This document shows positions 52,498-62,030 of a DNA stretch of 64,000 nucleotides, piece after piece. Source of the DNA: Trueperaceae bacterium (lineage in GTDB: Bacteria; Deinococcota; Deinococci; Deinococcales; Trueperaceae); NCBI GenBank assembly GCA_965214405.1, contig OZ243956.1, positions 2,432,001-2,496,000 of the forward strand. The letters are read 5' to 3'. The stretch's first letter is position 1; every line of letters begins with the position of its first letter. The position numbers and the translations under genes are program-made. The notes beneath the pieces were generated by a model, which saw nothing but the letters and a program-made list of their open reading frames with translations, made no database searches and was not told where the DNA came from.

Positions 52498-53511
52498 ATC
52501 TCCCAAAAAGCCGTCTACATCGCATACACGGGCGGCACCATCGGCATGAAAAAGGTCGGCGGGGTCTACCGGCCTGCGCCTGGCTACTTGGGTGAGCGTT
52601 TGGCGGAAATGCCCGAACTGCAACGCCCCGAGATGCCGCATTTTACGCTCCACGAGTACCCTACGCTGCTCGATTCGGCCAATATGACGCCCGCAGATTG
52701 GGAACGCATCGGGCGAGACATCTTGGCGCACCACGCCGACTACGACGGCTTCGTCATCCTCCACGGCACCGACACGATGGCCTACACCGCCTCGGCTTTG
52801 TCGTTCATGCTCCAGGACCTCGCCAAACCCGTGCTTCTGACGGGCTCGCAAATCCCTTTGGCCGAAGTGCGGAGCGACGCGCGGGAAAACTTCATCACCT
52901 CTTTATTGATTGCGGCGCATTACTCTATTCCTGAGGTCTGTTTGTACTCGAGCGGCTTACTTCTCCGCGGCAACCGCTCGCGCAAGGTGTCCTCCTCCGG
53001 CTTCGACGCCTTTGATTCGCCCAACTTTCCGCCCCTGGGCCGGGTGGGGGTGGACATCCAGGTAGACGCGTCCCTCGTGCGCCCGCCTCCAACCGCACCG
53101 CTCACGCTGCAAAGGCTCCAAGAGGTGATGATCGGCACGCTGCGGATTTTTCCGGGCATCACGGCGGCGCTGGTCAAGAACTTTTTGCAGGTGCCGGTGC
53201 AGGGCTTTGTGCTCGAGACCTACGGCGCGGGCAACGCTCCGGCGGAAGCGGCGCTGCTGGACGTGCTTGCGGAGGCCACCGCGCGGGGCGTGGTCATCGT
53301 CAACTGTACACAGTGCCTGCGCGGGCGCGTTGACATGGGCGGTTACGCCACCGGCGACGCGCTGCTGAGCGCGGGCGTCACGAGTGGGGCCGACATGACG
53401 CCCGAGGCCGCGCTGAGCAAGCTGCTTTATCTTTTTAGCAGGGGGCTCTCCCCCGCCGAGATTCGCGTCAAGGTGCAGGAGGATTTGCGGGGAGAGCTTA
53501 CGCCTGGGTAG
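52498..53511 (+). CDS. ansA: Type I L-asparaginase, apparent ATC start
   Basis: 'AVYIAYTGGTIGM' lies upstream of the first ATG; 'HGTDTMAY'; 'ETYGAGN'. Confidence 0.9.
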   Translation: MSQKAVYIAYTGGTIGMKKVGGVYRPAPGYLGERLAEMPELQRPEMPHFTLHEYPTLLDSANMTPADWERIGRDILAHHADYDGFVILHGTDTMAYTASALSFMLQDLAKPVLLTGSQIPLAEVRSDARENFITSLLIAAHYSIPEVCLYSSGLLLRGNRSRKVSSSGFDAFDSPNFPPLGRVGVDIQVDASLVRPPPTAPLTLQRLQEVMIGTLRIFPGITAALVKNFLQVPVQGFVLETYGAGNAPAEAALLDVLAEATARGVVIVNCTQCLRGRVDMGGYATGDALLSAGVTSGADMTPEAALSKLLYLFSRGLSPAEIRVKVQEDLRGELTPG

Positions 53512-53565
53512 ACGTGAAAAGACAGGTGTGAGAGCGCTCGAGCCTCAACTAAACACGACGCGCCG

Positions 53566-55023
53566 TTAGCTCGAGACGTCCCCCGTAAAAATCGTTTTCG
53601 TCTCCATATATTCCAGCAGCCCTTCCGCGCCCGTCTCGCGTCCGAAACCGCTTCCCTTGACGCCGCCAAAGGGCGCTTCGGGTGTGGCGGGGAGCCAGTC
53701 GTTGATAGAGACCATGCCGTACTCGAGGCCCTCCGACACGCGGATGGAGGTGTTGAGGTCATTTGTCATTACAAAGGCGGCCAAACCGTACTCGGTCGCG
53801 TTGGCGAGCGCCAGCACCTCCGCCTCATCGCTAAAGCGAACAACCGGCATGACCGGACCGAACAGCTCTTCGTCGTAAACGGGCACGCCGGGTTTTGCTC
53901 CCGTGACGAGGGTAGGTTCATAAAAGTAGCCCTTACCCTCCCGACGCTTGCCGCCCGTGAGCACTTCCGCGCCAGTTGATACGCTCGCCTCGACCAATTC
54001 CGCCACACGCTCACGCTGTTTGGCGTTGATGAGCGGCCCCACCTGCGTGTTTTTGTCCAGGCCGTGACCCATGTGGAGCGCACCCGACGCCTCGAGCGCG
54101 CGCTCGACAAACGCGTCGTAGATATCATCATGAACAAAAAACCGCTGCGGCGACACGCAGACCTGCCCGCAGTTGCGGTACTTCCACTCGACCGAAAGCT
54201 TGGCGACTTTTGAAACGTCCACATCGGGAAAAACGAGCACCGGGGCGTTGCCGCCGAGTTCTAAAGAAAGCCGCGTCATCGTCTGCGAGGCCCCGTCCAT
54301 CAGCAACTTACCCACGCGGGGGGAGCCGGTGAACTGGATTTTGCGCACGCGAACGTCGTCCAGTAAAACTTTACCCATCGCCTCAGGCTCACCGTTGATG
54401 AGGTTCATCACGCCCGCGGGCGCGCCGCCTTCGACTAGGGCTTGCGCCAGGAGCATTCCGGTACGCGGCGTGAACTCGCTCGAGCGCCCCACCACCGTAT
54501 TGCCCGCCGCCAAGGCCGCCGCCCAGACCCGCACGTTGTTGTACACGGGAAAGTTCCAGGCGGTGATGCTGCCCACCACCCCCAGCGGCTGATGGATGAC
54601 TTGGATACGGCGGCCCTTCGCCCGCGCGGGGACGGTGCGCCCGTAGGCCCGCACGCCCTCGCTTGCGAACCACTCGAGGTACGCCGTCGCGCTCGCCCAC
54701 TCCGCCTTGGACTCGCCCAAAGGCTTGCCCGACTCCTCCGTGGTGATGCGGGCTAAATCGTCCAGCCGCTCCATAATCCAGGCCCCCGCGCCGCGCAAGA
54801 CCTCCGCCCGCTTGTAAGGATTCGTTCTCGACCAAGCCGGAAAAGCCGCCGCCGCCGCGTCCACCGCCGCCCTCGCGTCCGCCTCGCCGCCGAAAGGAAC
54901 TTGCTGGACGACCTCTTCGGTGGCGGGGTCAACGAGGTCCCAGGTGTTGCCGTTTTGGGCCTCGAGCCACTCGCCGCCGATAAGCTGTTTGAAGGTGTAA
55001 GCTTCTTTGGTCTGAATTGCCAT
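53566..55023 (-). CDS. gabD: NAD(P)-dependent succinate-semialdehyde dehydrogenase-like ALDH
   Basis: 'AWNFP', 'FTGS', 'LELGGNAP', 'GQVCVS', 'EELFGP'. Confidence 0.8.
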   Translation of the reverse strand: MAIQTKEAYTFKQLIGGEWLEAQNGNTWDLVDPATEEVVQQVPFGGEADARAAVDAAAAAFPAWSRTNPYKRAEVLRGAGAWIMERLDDLARITTEESGKPLGESKAEWASATAYLEWFASEGVRAYGRTVPARAKGRRIQVIHQPLGVVGSITAWNFPVYNNVRVWAAALAAGNTVVGRSSEFTPRTGMLLAQALVEGGAPAGVMNLINGEPEAMGKVLLDDVRVRKIQFTGSPRVGKLLMDGASQTMTRLSLELGGNAPVLVFPDVDVSKVAKLSVEWKYRNCGQVCVSPQRFFVHDDIYDAFVERALEASGALHMGHGLDKNTQVGPLINAKQRERVAELVEASVSTGAEVLTGGKRREGKGYFYEPTLVTGAKPGVPVYDEELFGPVMPVVRFSDEAEVLALANATEYGLAAFVMTNDLNTSIRVSEGLEYGMVSINDWLPATPEAPFGGVKGSGFGRETGAEGLLEYMETKTIFTGDVSS

Positions 55024-55071
55024 GTTATCTCCTCGGAATTACTGTAGGGCATTTATCTACTTATGCAGCTT

Positions 55072-55377
55072 TTAGCCTTCACTAGCGCGGTCACGGAGAT
55101 GTTGGATACCATCTCGGTCATCGTCAGCCGACAAAACGCTCCATATCGGCCATCCGGGAGCAGTTTCTATAATGTGAATAAGCGTCCAGCTCAACCCAAA
55201 GCAACCGTCAGGGCCGAATACCTTGACTGGCTCTACCGCTTCATCGTCGGTTACGGGAGTATACACGGTAAATAAAAGTTGCTCGTACTCTCCAACTTTA
55301 TCTAGGTCTGTATCACCTGCACCTACCGTTGGCGGCATAGGTCCTAACTTGATTAGCTGACATACTGCCTCTCGCAC
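55072..55377 (-). CDS. Small hypothetical protein, possibly immunity-protein-like
   Basis: 101 aa, lower GC, between gabT and gabD. Confidence 0.5.
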   Translation of the reverse strand: MREAVCQLIKLGPMPPTVGAGDTDLDKVGEYEQLLFTVYTPVTDDEAVEPVKVFGPDGCFGLSWTLIHIIETAPGWPIWSVLSADDDRDGIQHLRDRASEG

Positions 55378-55383
55378 GAGCCG

Positions 55384-56736
55384 TCACCTCGTTACCGTCT
55401 CCTTGACCGCCGCCCGCACCGCTTCACGCAACACCCCCATTCCCTCATCAAGCTCTTCGTCGCTGAGGTTGAGAGGCGGCAACAGGCGGATGCAGTTGCT
55501 GTAGAGCCCCGCCCGCAGGATGATGAGCCCGCGTTTTAGCGCCTCGGTGGTGACCTCCACCACCTCTTGCGCCGTGAGAGGTTTTTTCGAGGTTCTGTCC
55601 CGCACAAACTCCACCGCCAGCATCGGACCCAGGCCGCGCACGTCGCCGACGGTCTCAAATTCGGCTTGAAGCTTAGTCAAGTGCTCCCGAAAGCGTTCAC
55701 CAACCTCGTTCGCTCGAGCCAAAAACTGAGGTGTATTGATGATGTTCACCGCTTCTATGGCCGCGGCGCACACCACCGGGTTGCCGCTGTAGGTGCCGCC
55801 CAGACCGCCGGGATGCGGCGCGTCCATCATCTTGGCTTTGCCAATCACCGCCGAAATAGGCATCCCCGCGCCCAACGACTTCGCCGTAGTGAGCAAATCC
55901 GGTTTGACGTCGTAATGCTCCACCGCGAAGAGCTTGCCCGTGCGCCCCATGCCGCACTGAATCTCGTCGGCGACCATGACCATGCCGTGCTCGGTACAGA
56001 GTTCGCGGATGCGGCGCAAAAACTTCGGCGGCGTCGGCAGGAAGCCGCCCTCACCCTGGACGGGCTCGAGCACCACCGCCGCGACCGCGCTCGGGTCCAC
56101 CTGGGCAATAAAGGCGTGCTCGAGGCCCTCGATCACAAAGTCGATGTACTGCTCGTCGGTCATGCTCGCCGGGCGGCGGTAGAGGTTGGGGAAGGGCAGC
56201 CGGTAAACTTCCGGCGCAAAGGGCGCGAAGCCCTTTTTGAAGAGTGCATACTTGCTCGTCATCGTCAGCGTCAGGTTGGTGCGCCCGTGGTACGCGCCCT
56301 CGAACACGACGATGCCGGGGCGGCCCGTGTACGCGCGCGCGATGTTGACCGCCGTCTCGACGGCCTCCGCGCCGCTGCTCATAAAGGTGGCCTTGGCGGG
56401 TCCTTCGATGGGTGCAACAGACGTGAGCAGTTCGGCCAACGCGACCATCGGCTCAGACGTCGCAACGATGGCGCAGGGGTGGATGACCTTGTCGGCTTGA
56501 GCTTTAATGGCCGCAACAACTGGCTCGGGCGTGTGCCCCACCGCCAACATGCCGATGCCGCCCGCGAAATCCAGGAGCGTGTTCCCGTCGGCGTCCGTGA
56601 CCGCCGCGCCGTGGGCGCGCTCGACGGCAATCGAGGTGAGTTTGGCCGCGCCCCGCGGCGTGACCGCCTCGCGCCGCGCGACGATGGCGCGACTTTTCGG
56701 TCCGGGAACTTCGGTCACGAGCTTGATGGTGCCCAT
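55384..56736 (-). CDS. gabT: 4-aminobutyrate aminotransferase (class III)
   Basis: 'DFAGGIG', 'SGAEAVE', 'EPVQGEGG', 'DEIQCG', 'AKSLG', 'GGTYSGNP'. Confidence 0.85.
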   Translation of the reverse strand: MGTIKLVTEVPGPKSRAIVARREAVTPRGAAKLTSIAVERAHGAAVTDADGNTLLDFAGGIGMLAVGHTPEPVVAAIKAQADKVIHPCAIVATSEPMVALAELLTSVAPIEGPAKATFMSSGAEAVETAVNIARAYTGRPGIVVFEGAYHGRTNLTLTMTSKYALFKKGFAPFAPEVYRLPFPNLYRRPASMTDEQYIDFVIEGLEHAFIAQVDPSAVAAVVLEPVQGEGGFLPTPPKFLRRIRELCTEHGMVMVADEIQCGMGRTGKLFAVEHYDVKPDLLTTAKSLGAGMPISAVIGKAKMMDAPHPGGLGGTYSGNPVVCAAAIEAVNIINTPQFLARANEVGERFREHLTKLQAEFETVGDVRGLGPMLAVEFVRDRTSKKPLTAQEVVEVTTEALKRGLIILRAGLYSNCIRLLPPLNLSDEELDEGMGVLREAVRAAVKETVTR

Positions 56737-57098
56737 TAGATGCGCTCGAGTTCTTTCACGGTGCGCTCGTTCTCGGTGTTGCCGGTGTTAAGGGTTGTCG
56801 CAGGCTCAATGAGCATCACTTCAACCTCTTCTTCGGCGTAGGGCTGATGCTCGGCGCCTTTCGGGATGATGACAAACTCGCCCGCGTTGACCTCAACGTC
56901 TTTCTCTCTAAGCCGCATGGTGAAACTCCCCTTGACGACATAGAAAAGTTCATCCTCATGCTCATGATGGTGCCAAACGAACTCGCCCTGAAACTTTACG
57001 AGCTTGACTGCTACGTTGTTGACCTCACCGACGAGTTTGGGATTCCAGTGCTCGCCAAAAGCGGAGAACTTCTCGCTAAGGTTGATTTTTTGAATCAT
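56736..57098 (-). CDS. Cupin-domain protein
   Basis: 'FVWHHHEHEDELF', 'IPKGAEHQP'. Confidence 0.9.
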   Translation of the reverse strand: MIQKINLSEKFSAFGEHWNPKLVGEVNNVAVKLVKFQGEFVWHHHEHEDELFYVVKGSFTMRLREKDVEVNAGEFVIIPKGAEHQPYAEEEVEVMLIEPATTLNTGNTENERTVKELERI

Positions 57099-57113
57099 AG
57101 AATACTCCTAACT

Positions 57114-58382
57114 CTAAGCTGAGATGGTGGCGGTCTGTCCCAACGCCCCCGCAAAAATTCCCAACGCCTCGTCAATCTGCCCCGCGTTCACCACCAACGG
57201 CGGAATCCAGCGGATGACGTTGCCGTAGGTTCCGCAGGTGAGTAGCAAGAGGTTCTTTTCCAAACAGGCCCCTTGGACGCGCTTGCAAGTCTCCGGGTCG
57301 GGCTGACCCTTTGAAGAGAACTCCGTACCAATCATAAGCCCACGCCCGCGCACGTCACCCAATACAGGGAAGTCGCGCTGAAGCTCGAGCAGCCCCCCCA
57401 TAAGCCTCTCCCCCATCCTCGCCGCGTTCTCCGGCAACCGCTCCTCAACCAGAACCTCCACCGTCGCCCTCGCCGCAGCCAAGGGAACCGCGCTCCCGCC
57501 GCCGTAGGTGCCGCCGTGCGTGCCCGGTTGCCAGCGTTCCATGAGGGGGCGGCTCGAGGCAATCCCCGAAATCGGCAAGCCGCTCCCCAGCCCCTTCGCC
57601 ATCACGACGATGTCGGGCGTTACACCCGCGAGTTCAAAGCAAAACATCTTGCCCGTGCGCCCAAAGCCGGTTTGCACCTCGTCCATCACCAGCAGGATGC
57701 CGTACTGGTCGCAGATGCGGCGCAACGCATTCAAGAAGGGGAGCGGCGCGGGCACGTAGCCGCCCTCGCCTAAGATGGGCTCAATAAAAATCGCGGCGGT
57801 TTCGTCGGGTGCGCTTTGTGTTCTGAGAAGGTGCTCTAAGCCCCGCACACAGAAGTCAACCGTTGTCGCCTCGTCCCAACCGTAAAAGTAGGCGTAGGGG
57901 TACGGCGCGACGAAGACGCCGCCCGGCAGGGGTTGGTACTGGTGCCGGTAGGCCGTTTTGGAGGTCGTCATCGCCATCGTCTGCGCGGTGCGCCCGTGAA
58001 AACTGCCCTGAAAGACGATGACGTTACTCCGCCCCGTCGCGTGCCGCGCGAGCTTGAGCGCGCCTTCAGTGGCCTCGGCCCCGCTGTTCGAGAAGAAGAA
58101 GGTGTCGAGACCCGCGGGCATGAGGGAGAGGAGCGCGTCGGTGAGCGCCAACGCGGCGGGCGAGACGACGATGTTCATCTGCCCGAAGAGCAACCGTTCC
58201 GCCTGCTCCTGCACCGCCTTGACGACTTTCGGGTGACAGTGCCCCGTGTTCGTCACGCCGATGCCCGAGGTGAAGTCGGTATAGCGCGCGCCCGCCGCGT
58301 CGAAAAGGTAGATGCCCTCGCCGCGAACGGGCTGGATGTGGGTGAGGTGCGTCCAGACGGGTGAAAGGTGATTTAGGGCCAC
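57114..58382 (-). CDS. Class III PLP aminotransferase (diamine/GABA-type)
   Basis: 'DFTSGIG', 'EPILGEGG', 'DEVQTGFGRTG', 'AKGLGSG'. Confidence 0.9.
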   Translation of the reverse strand: MALNHLSPVWTHLTHIQPVRGEGIYLFDAAGARYTDFTSGIGVTNTGHCHPKVVKAVQEQAERLLFGQMNIVVSPAALALTDALLSLMPAGLDTFFFSNSGAEATEGALKLARHATGRSNVIVFQGSFHGRTAQTMAMTTSKTAYRHQYQPLPGGVFVAPYPYAYFYGWDEATTVDFCVRGLEHLLRTQSAPDETAAIFIEPILGEGGYVPAPLPFLNALRRICDQYGILLVMDEVQTGFGRTGKMFCFELAGVTPDIVVMAKGLGSGLPISGIASSRPLMERWQPGTHGGTYGGGSAVPLAAARATVEVLVEERLPENAARMGERLMGGLLELQRDFPVLGDVRGRGLMIGTEFSSKGQPDPETCKRVQGACLEKNLLLLTCGTYGNVIRWIPPLVVNAGQIDEALGIFAGALGQTATISA

Positions 58383-58466
58383 TCAAAACCTTCTTTCTTA
58401 CGAGTCTGACTTTATTTTAATGCCTTAAAGCACCCCTTCTAATCCCTTCCGCTAAAATTCCGAACG

Positions 58467-59819
58467 TCAAGAGGCTGCCCTCGAGCCCCGTTTCGAATCA
58501 GAACGAGCGGCTACCGCTACCCCTCGAGCTTCGACTTTCGCCGCGATGGGAGGCACAACCTCTCCTTCATAACTTAGCAGTTCGGCGGCGGCGCGTCTGC
58601 CACTCAAAAGCGCGCCGTGGACGGTGGCGGCGCGGTGCTCGGGTTCGGTGGCCTCGCCCGCCCAGAAGAGCGGCGGGGTGGGGGCGGCGAGCTTTTGCCG
58701 CGCGCCGTGGTGACCGGGCAGAACGAAGCTGTAACCGCCCCTGGCGAAGGGGTCGGCGGGCCAGTTGACGAGCCTCGAGGCCTCCGCCTGCAAGTCGGGC
58801 CGATCCAACTCCTCACGCAAAGCGGCCAGCCCCCCAGCCAGCGCCGCCTCTTCCCCGCCCTCTAAAAGTTTCATCGCGCCGTCGCCCGACACGAACGCCG
58901 TCCAGACGTGCTGCTGAGTGTCGTGACCAAACGACGGCGACCACCACATCGGCGGGTTTAAGCGGCTATAAATCGCCATGATTTCTTTCGGCACGATGGG
59001 CTCGGCGAAGCGGTAGATGAGCTTGATAACCGGCCCCATGCGCAGCCCGGCGAGGGCGCTCTGTTTAAGTTCGGGTAAGGCTGGGTTAAAAGTAATCGCG
59101 CTTTGCAGCACGCCCAAAGGAACTGCCAGCACCGCGGTGTCGGCGCTATGCAGCGCGCCATCCGAAGTTTGCACCTGGACGCCGCCTCGCGCCGACCAAG
59201 TGATTTCAGAAACGGGGCTGTTGAGGTGAATAGTAAGCCCCTCCGCCAAACTTTCAACCAGCTTGCCGTAACCGTCTAAAAGACGGTAGTCACCGAGGCC
59301 ACCCTCTTGCCCCTTCTCGCGCAGCCCCTCCACCATCGCCGCAGCACTCAAAAACCGCGTCGACTCGCCGCAGGCGTTGGCGTAGGAGCGCCCGACGTAG
59401 CGGAGTTGGTCCCTGGAAAAGCCGATACGCGTCAGATAGTCGCGCCAGGTCTCAAAAGGCAGCGGCTCCACCTCCGGGAGCCGCCACGTGCGCGTGATGT
59501 CGAAGTCGGGGTGGGCGGCTTGCGCCTCGGCCATCGTCAGCCACGCGCCGTCTTCCAACCGCACCAGCGAATCGTCCGTCTTGCGCCAGTGCAGCGTTTT
59601 CAGGCTCAAACCCTGAATAAGCTCCCAAGTCGCCACGCGGTCGCCGTGGATAAACTCCGCGCCCAACTCGACGGGTACGTCGGCGAAGCCATATGAGGTG
59701 TGGGTGCGTCCGCCGGTGCGGTCTCTGGCCTCGAGCACCACCACCCTTTCCCCCGCCGCTTGAAGCGCCCGCGCCGCCGCCAAGCCCGCCACACCCGCGC
59801 CAAGTACAAGGGTACTCAT
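58467..59819 (-). CDS. Flavin monoamine/polyamine oxidase family protein
   Basis: 'LGAGVAGLAAA', 'EARDRTGGR', 'ELGAEFIHG', 'AGEAT..TVHGALLSG'. Confidence 0.88.
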   Translation of the reverse strand: MSTLVLGAGVAGLAAARALQAAGERVVVLEARDRTGGRTHTSYGFADVPVELGAEFIHGDRVATWELIQGLSLKTLHWRKTDDSLVRLEDGAWLTMAEAQAAHPDFDITRTWRLPEVEPLPFETWRDYLTRIGFSRDQLRYVGRSYANACGESTRFLSAAAMVEGLREKGQEGGLGDYRLLDGYGKLVESLAEGLTIHLNSPVSEITWSARGGVQVQTSDGALHSADTAVLAVPLGVLQSAITFNPALPELKQSALAGLRMGPVIKLIYRFAEPIVPKEIMAIYSRLNPPMWWSPSFGHDTQQHVWTAFVSGDGAMKLLEGGEEAALAGGLAALREELDRPDLQAEASRLVNWPADPFARGGYSFVLPGHHGARQKLAAPTPPLFWAGEATEPEHRAATVHGALLSGRRAAAELLSYEGEVVPPIAAKVEARGVAVAARSDSKRGSRAAS

Positions 59820-60613
59820 AAACGGGGTCTTTGGGCTCGAGGATTAGTAACTAAAGACTTAGAGGACAAAGGTTTGGGGGCTCGAGCTTTAACGGGCGAA
59901 ACCTTTGGCGGCTCCCACACAATAAGCATTCCTGTATGCTCCGCCTGCGCGTCCCAGGCATAATTCTCGATAACCCCGCACGGCTTGAAACCCCGCCGCA
60001 TCTGCACGCTCACCGTGGGGTCGAAAATCTCGCCGCACACGACCCTCTCGGCGTATTCGTGGACCGACATCCGGTGCTTGTAATGCGCGAAACCCTTGAG
60101 CATCCCGCCCGCCACGATGCCCTTAAGCTCGAGAGTTTCAACAAGCGCAAATTGCGCCCGGTAGAGCGCCGAGCCGATACCCAAACCCTGAAACTCGGGA
60201 TGAACCGCCTTCTCGACGCCGTAGAGCCAATCCCCCGTGGGGTCGTGGTTGGCGAGGGTGAGGTCGCCAATGGCCTCGTACCAGCTCAGCGGTTTCGCGG
60301 AGGGCGTGTAGTTCGTCCGCAGCGACAGGGCGGTACCTATGACTTTCTCTTCCCCGCCCACATCCGCAACCGCGAGAAGCTGTCCTTCGGGAAACCGGCT
60401 CAGGAGCCGCTCCCACTCCTTCAAACCAAATATACCCGAGATGTGACCGCTGGGGTCGTAGGTATTGGCTAAGCAGATGGTCTCGTAGACGCCGCGCCCG
60501 TGATGAGGCTGGGCCACCACGATTTTGTAAACAGGCCTTTGACTGACAGGCTCTTTGCTAAGAAGCTTCTTACCAACATGACGGTTCTTTTTACCGCTAT
60601 AACGGTCCTTCAT
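59816..60613 (-). CDS. GNAT N-acetyltransferase
   Basis: 'VHPEFQGLGIG', 'DPTVSVQMRRGF'. Confidence 0.85.
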   Translation of the reverse strand: MKDRYSGKKNRHVGKKLLSKEPVSQRPVYKIVVAQPHHGRGVYETICLANTYDPSGHISGIFGLKEWERLLSRFPEGQLLAVADVGGEEKVIGTALSLRTNYTPSAKPLSWYEAIGDLTLANHDPTGDWLYGVEKAVHPEFQGLGIGSALYRAQFALVETLELKGIVAGGMLKGFAHYKHRMSVHEYAERVVCGEIFDPTVSVQMRRGFKPCGVIENYAWDAQAEHTGMLIVWEPPKVSPVKARAPKPLSSKSLVTNPRAQRPRL

Positions 60614-60983
60614 AACGTTCGTTCAGACCCCTGCGCTGGCTCTCAAATTGACCGGGTAAATAACAGATCAATTCGAACGGGTCAGGGTACACGTTTACCG
60701 TGACCTCAGCACCACATCAAAAATAGCGCTTTGAGCCATGAGTTCGTTACAAATTGGGAAAAACGAAGACGATTGGGTGATGTCCCGCTAGCCAATCCTT
60801 CAGCCGACATCTTGGATGTATCTCGGAGTATCCGAACCCCGAAACCTTGCCCTAATCGGTTTCTGCTTCTCCACAACCTTCACGCGAGAGCGTTCCTCCC
60901 GAAACCCAAACGGCTTCATTTGGTTAACTCACACTGCAGGGTTGTCTTGAAACTTTCACGCTCCCTTTAACTCGTCTTAGAAG

Positions 60984-60992
60984 AGTGTAGCA
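60984..60992 (-). promoter_or_regulatory. Extended -10 element (TGcTACACT) for the polyamine catabolic operon
   Basis: Matches TGnTAnnnT; ~370 nt upstream of the GNAT start. Confidence 0.4.
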
Positions 60993-61193
60993 CAGGTTTT
61001 GGGGTTTGTGAAGAGGAGGTGGAGCGAATTTAAACGAGAGTAGGGGCAAGTCAGGAAACAAAGCCGGGCGTTAGTCAAGCTTTTTCTAACATTTACAGAG
61101 CCTTAACCGAACATACAAGAGTCGGTATTTTGGCGTCTCCCGCTCGAGCCCACTCCTCCCCACCCCCTCCTCTCACTCGGTATAAGATAAATC

Positions 61194-62030
61194 ATGAAAC
61201 GCACAGGGTTCCGGCTGGCGCTCCCCGGCCTCTTCTGGCTGAGCGTCTTTTTCATGCTGCCGCTTCTCTTCGTGCTCGTCGCCTCGTTTATGTCGAGCGG
61301 CGCGGGGGGCGAGCCCGTGTTACCGCTGACGCTCGAGCACTACGCGCGCACCTTTAATGTGTTCGGCTCCGTTGTCTGGCGCTCGTTGCGCATTGCGCTC
61401 TACACCACGCTCTGGTGTCTGGCGCTCGGTTACCCGCTGGCCTTTTTTATTTCCACGCGCAAAAACGCCCAAGTTCGCCTCGTCTTGCTCTTTTTGATTC
61501 TTCTGCCTTTCTGGACCAACTTTCTGGTGCGGACCTACGCGCTCAAGTCGATTCTCGGGCCGGAGGGGATTCTCAACACGCTGCTAACGAACTTTTCCAT
61601 CATCACGCAGCCTTTAGAACTGCTCTTCACACCGTTTGCGGTCATCTTGGGGCTGGTCTACGGCTTTTTGCCCTTTATGGTCCTGCCCATTTACGCGTCG
61701 GTGGAGCGGCTGGATTTTCGCTTTGTCGAGGCGGCCTACGACTTGGGCGCGAACGACTGGCACACCTTTTGGCGCGTGATTTTTCCCCTGACCTTGCCCG
61801 GCGTCGTGGCGGGGTCGATGCTCGTCTTTATTCCTTCTATCGGCTCGTTCGTGACGCCCGACCTGCTCGGCGGCACCCGCGGTTTGATGATCGGCAACCT
61901 TATCGCGCGGCAGTTTAGCGGGCGCGGCAACATCACCCTCGGCTCGGCGGTGTCGATTGTGCTCATCGTGCTCGTGCTGGTCGGTGTGGCTATCTACATT
62001 CGCTTTGGACAGGAGCGGGCGCGTGGCTGA
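61194..62030 (+). CDS. potB: Spermidine/putrescine ABC permease (PotB-like)
   Basis: 'LPFWTNFLVRTYA'; EAA loop 'VEAAYDLGA'. Confidence 0.88.
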   Translation: MKRTGFRLALPGLFWLSVFFMLPLLFVLVASFMSSGAGGEPVLPLTLEHYARTFNVFGSVVWRSLRIALYTTLWCLALGYPLAFFISTRKNAQVRLVLLFLILLPFWTNFLVRTYALKSILGPEGILNTLLTNFSIITQPLELLFTPFAVILGLVYGFLPFMVLPIYASVERLDFRFVEAAYDLGANDWHTFWRVIFPLTLPGVVAGSMLVFIPSIGSFVTPDLLGGTRGLMIGNLIARQFSGRGNITLGSAVSIVLIVLVLVGVAIYIRFGQERARG

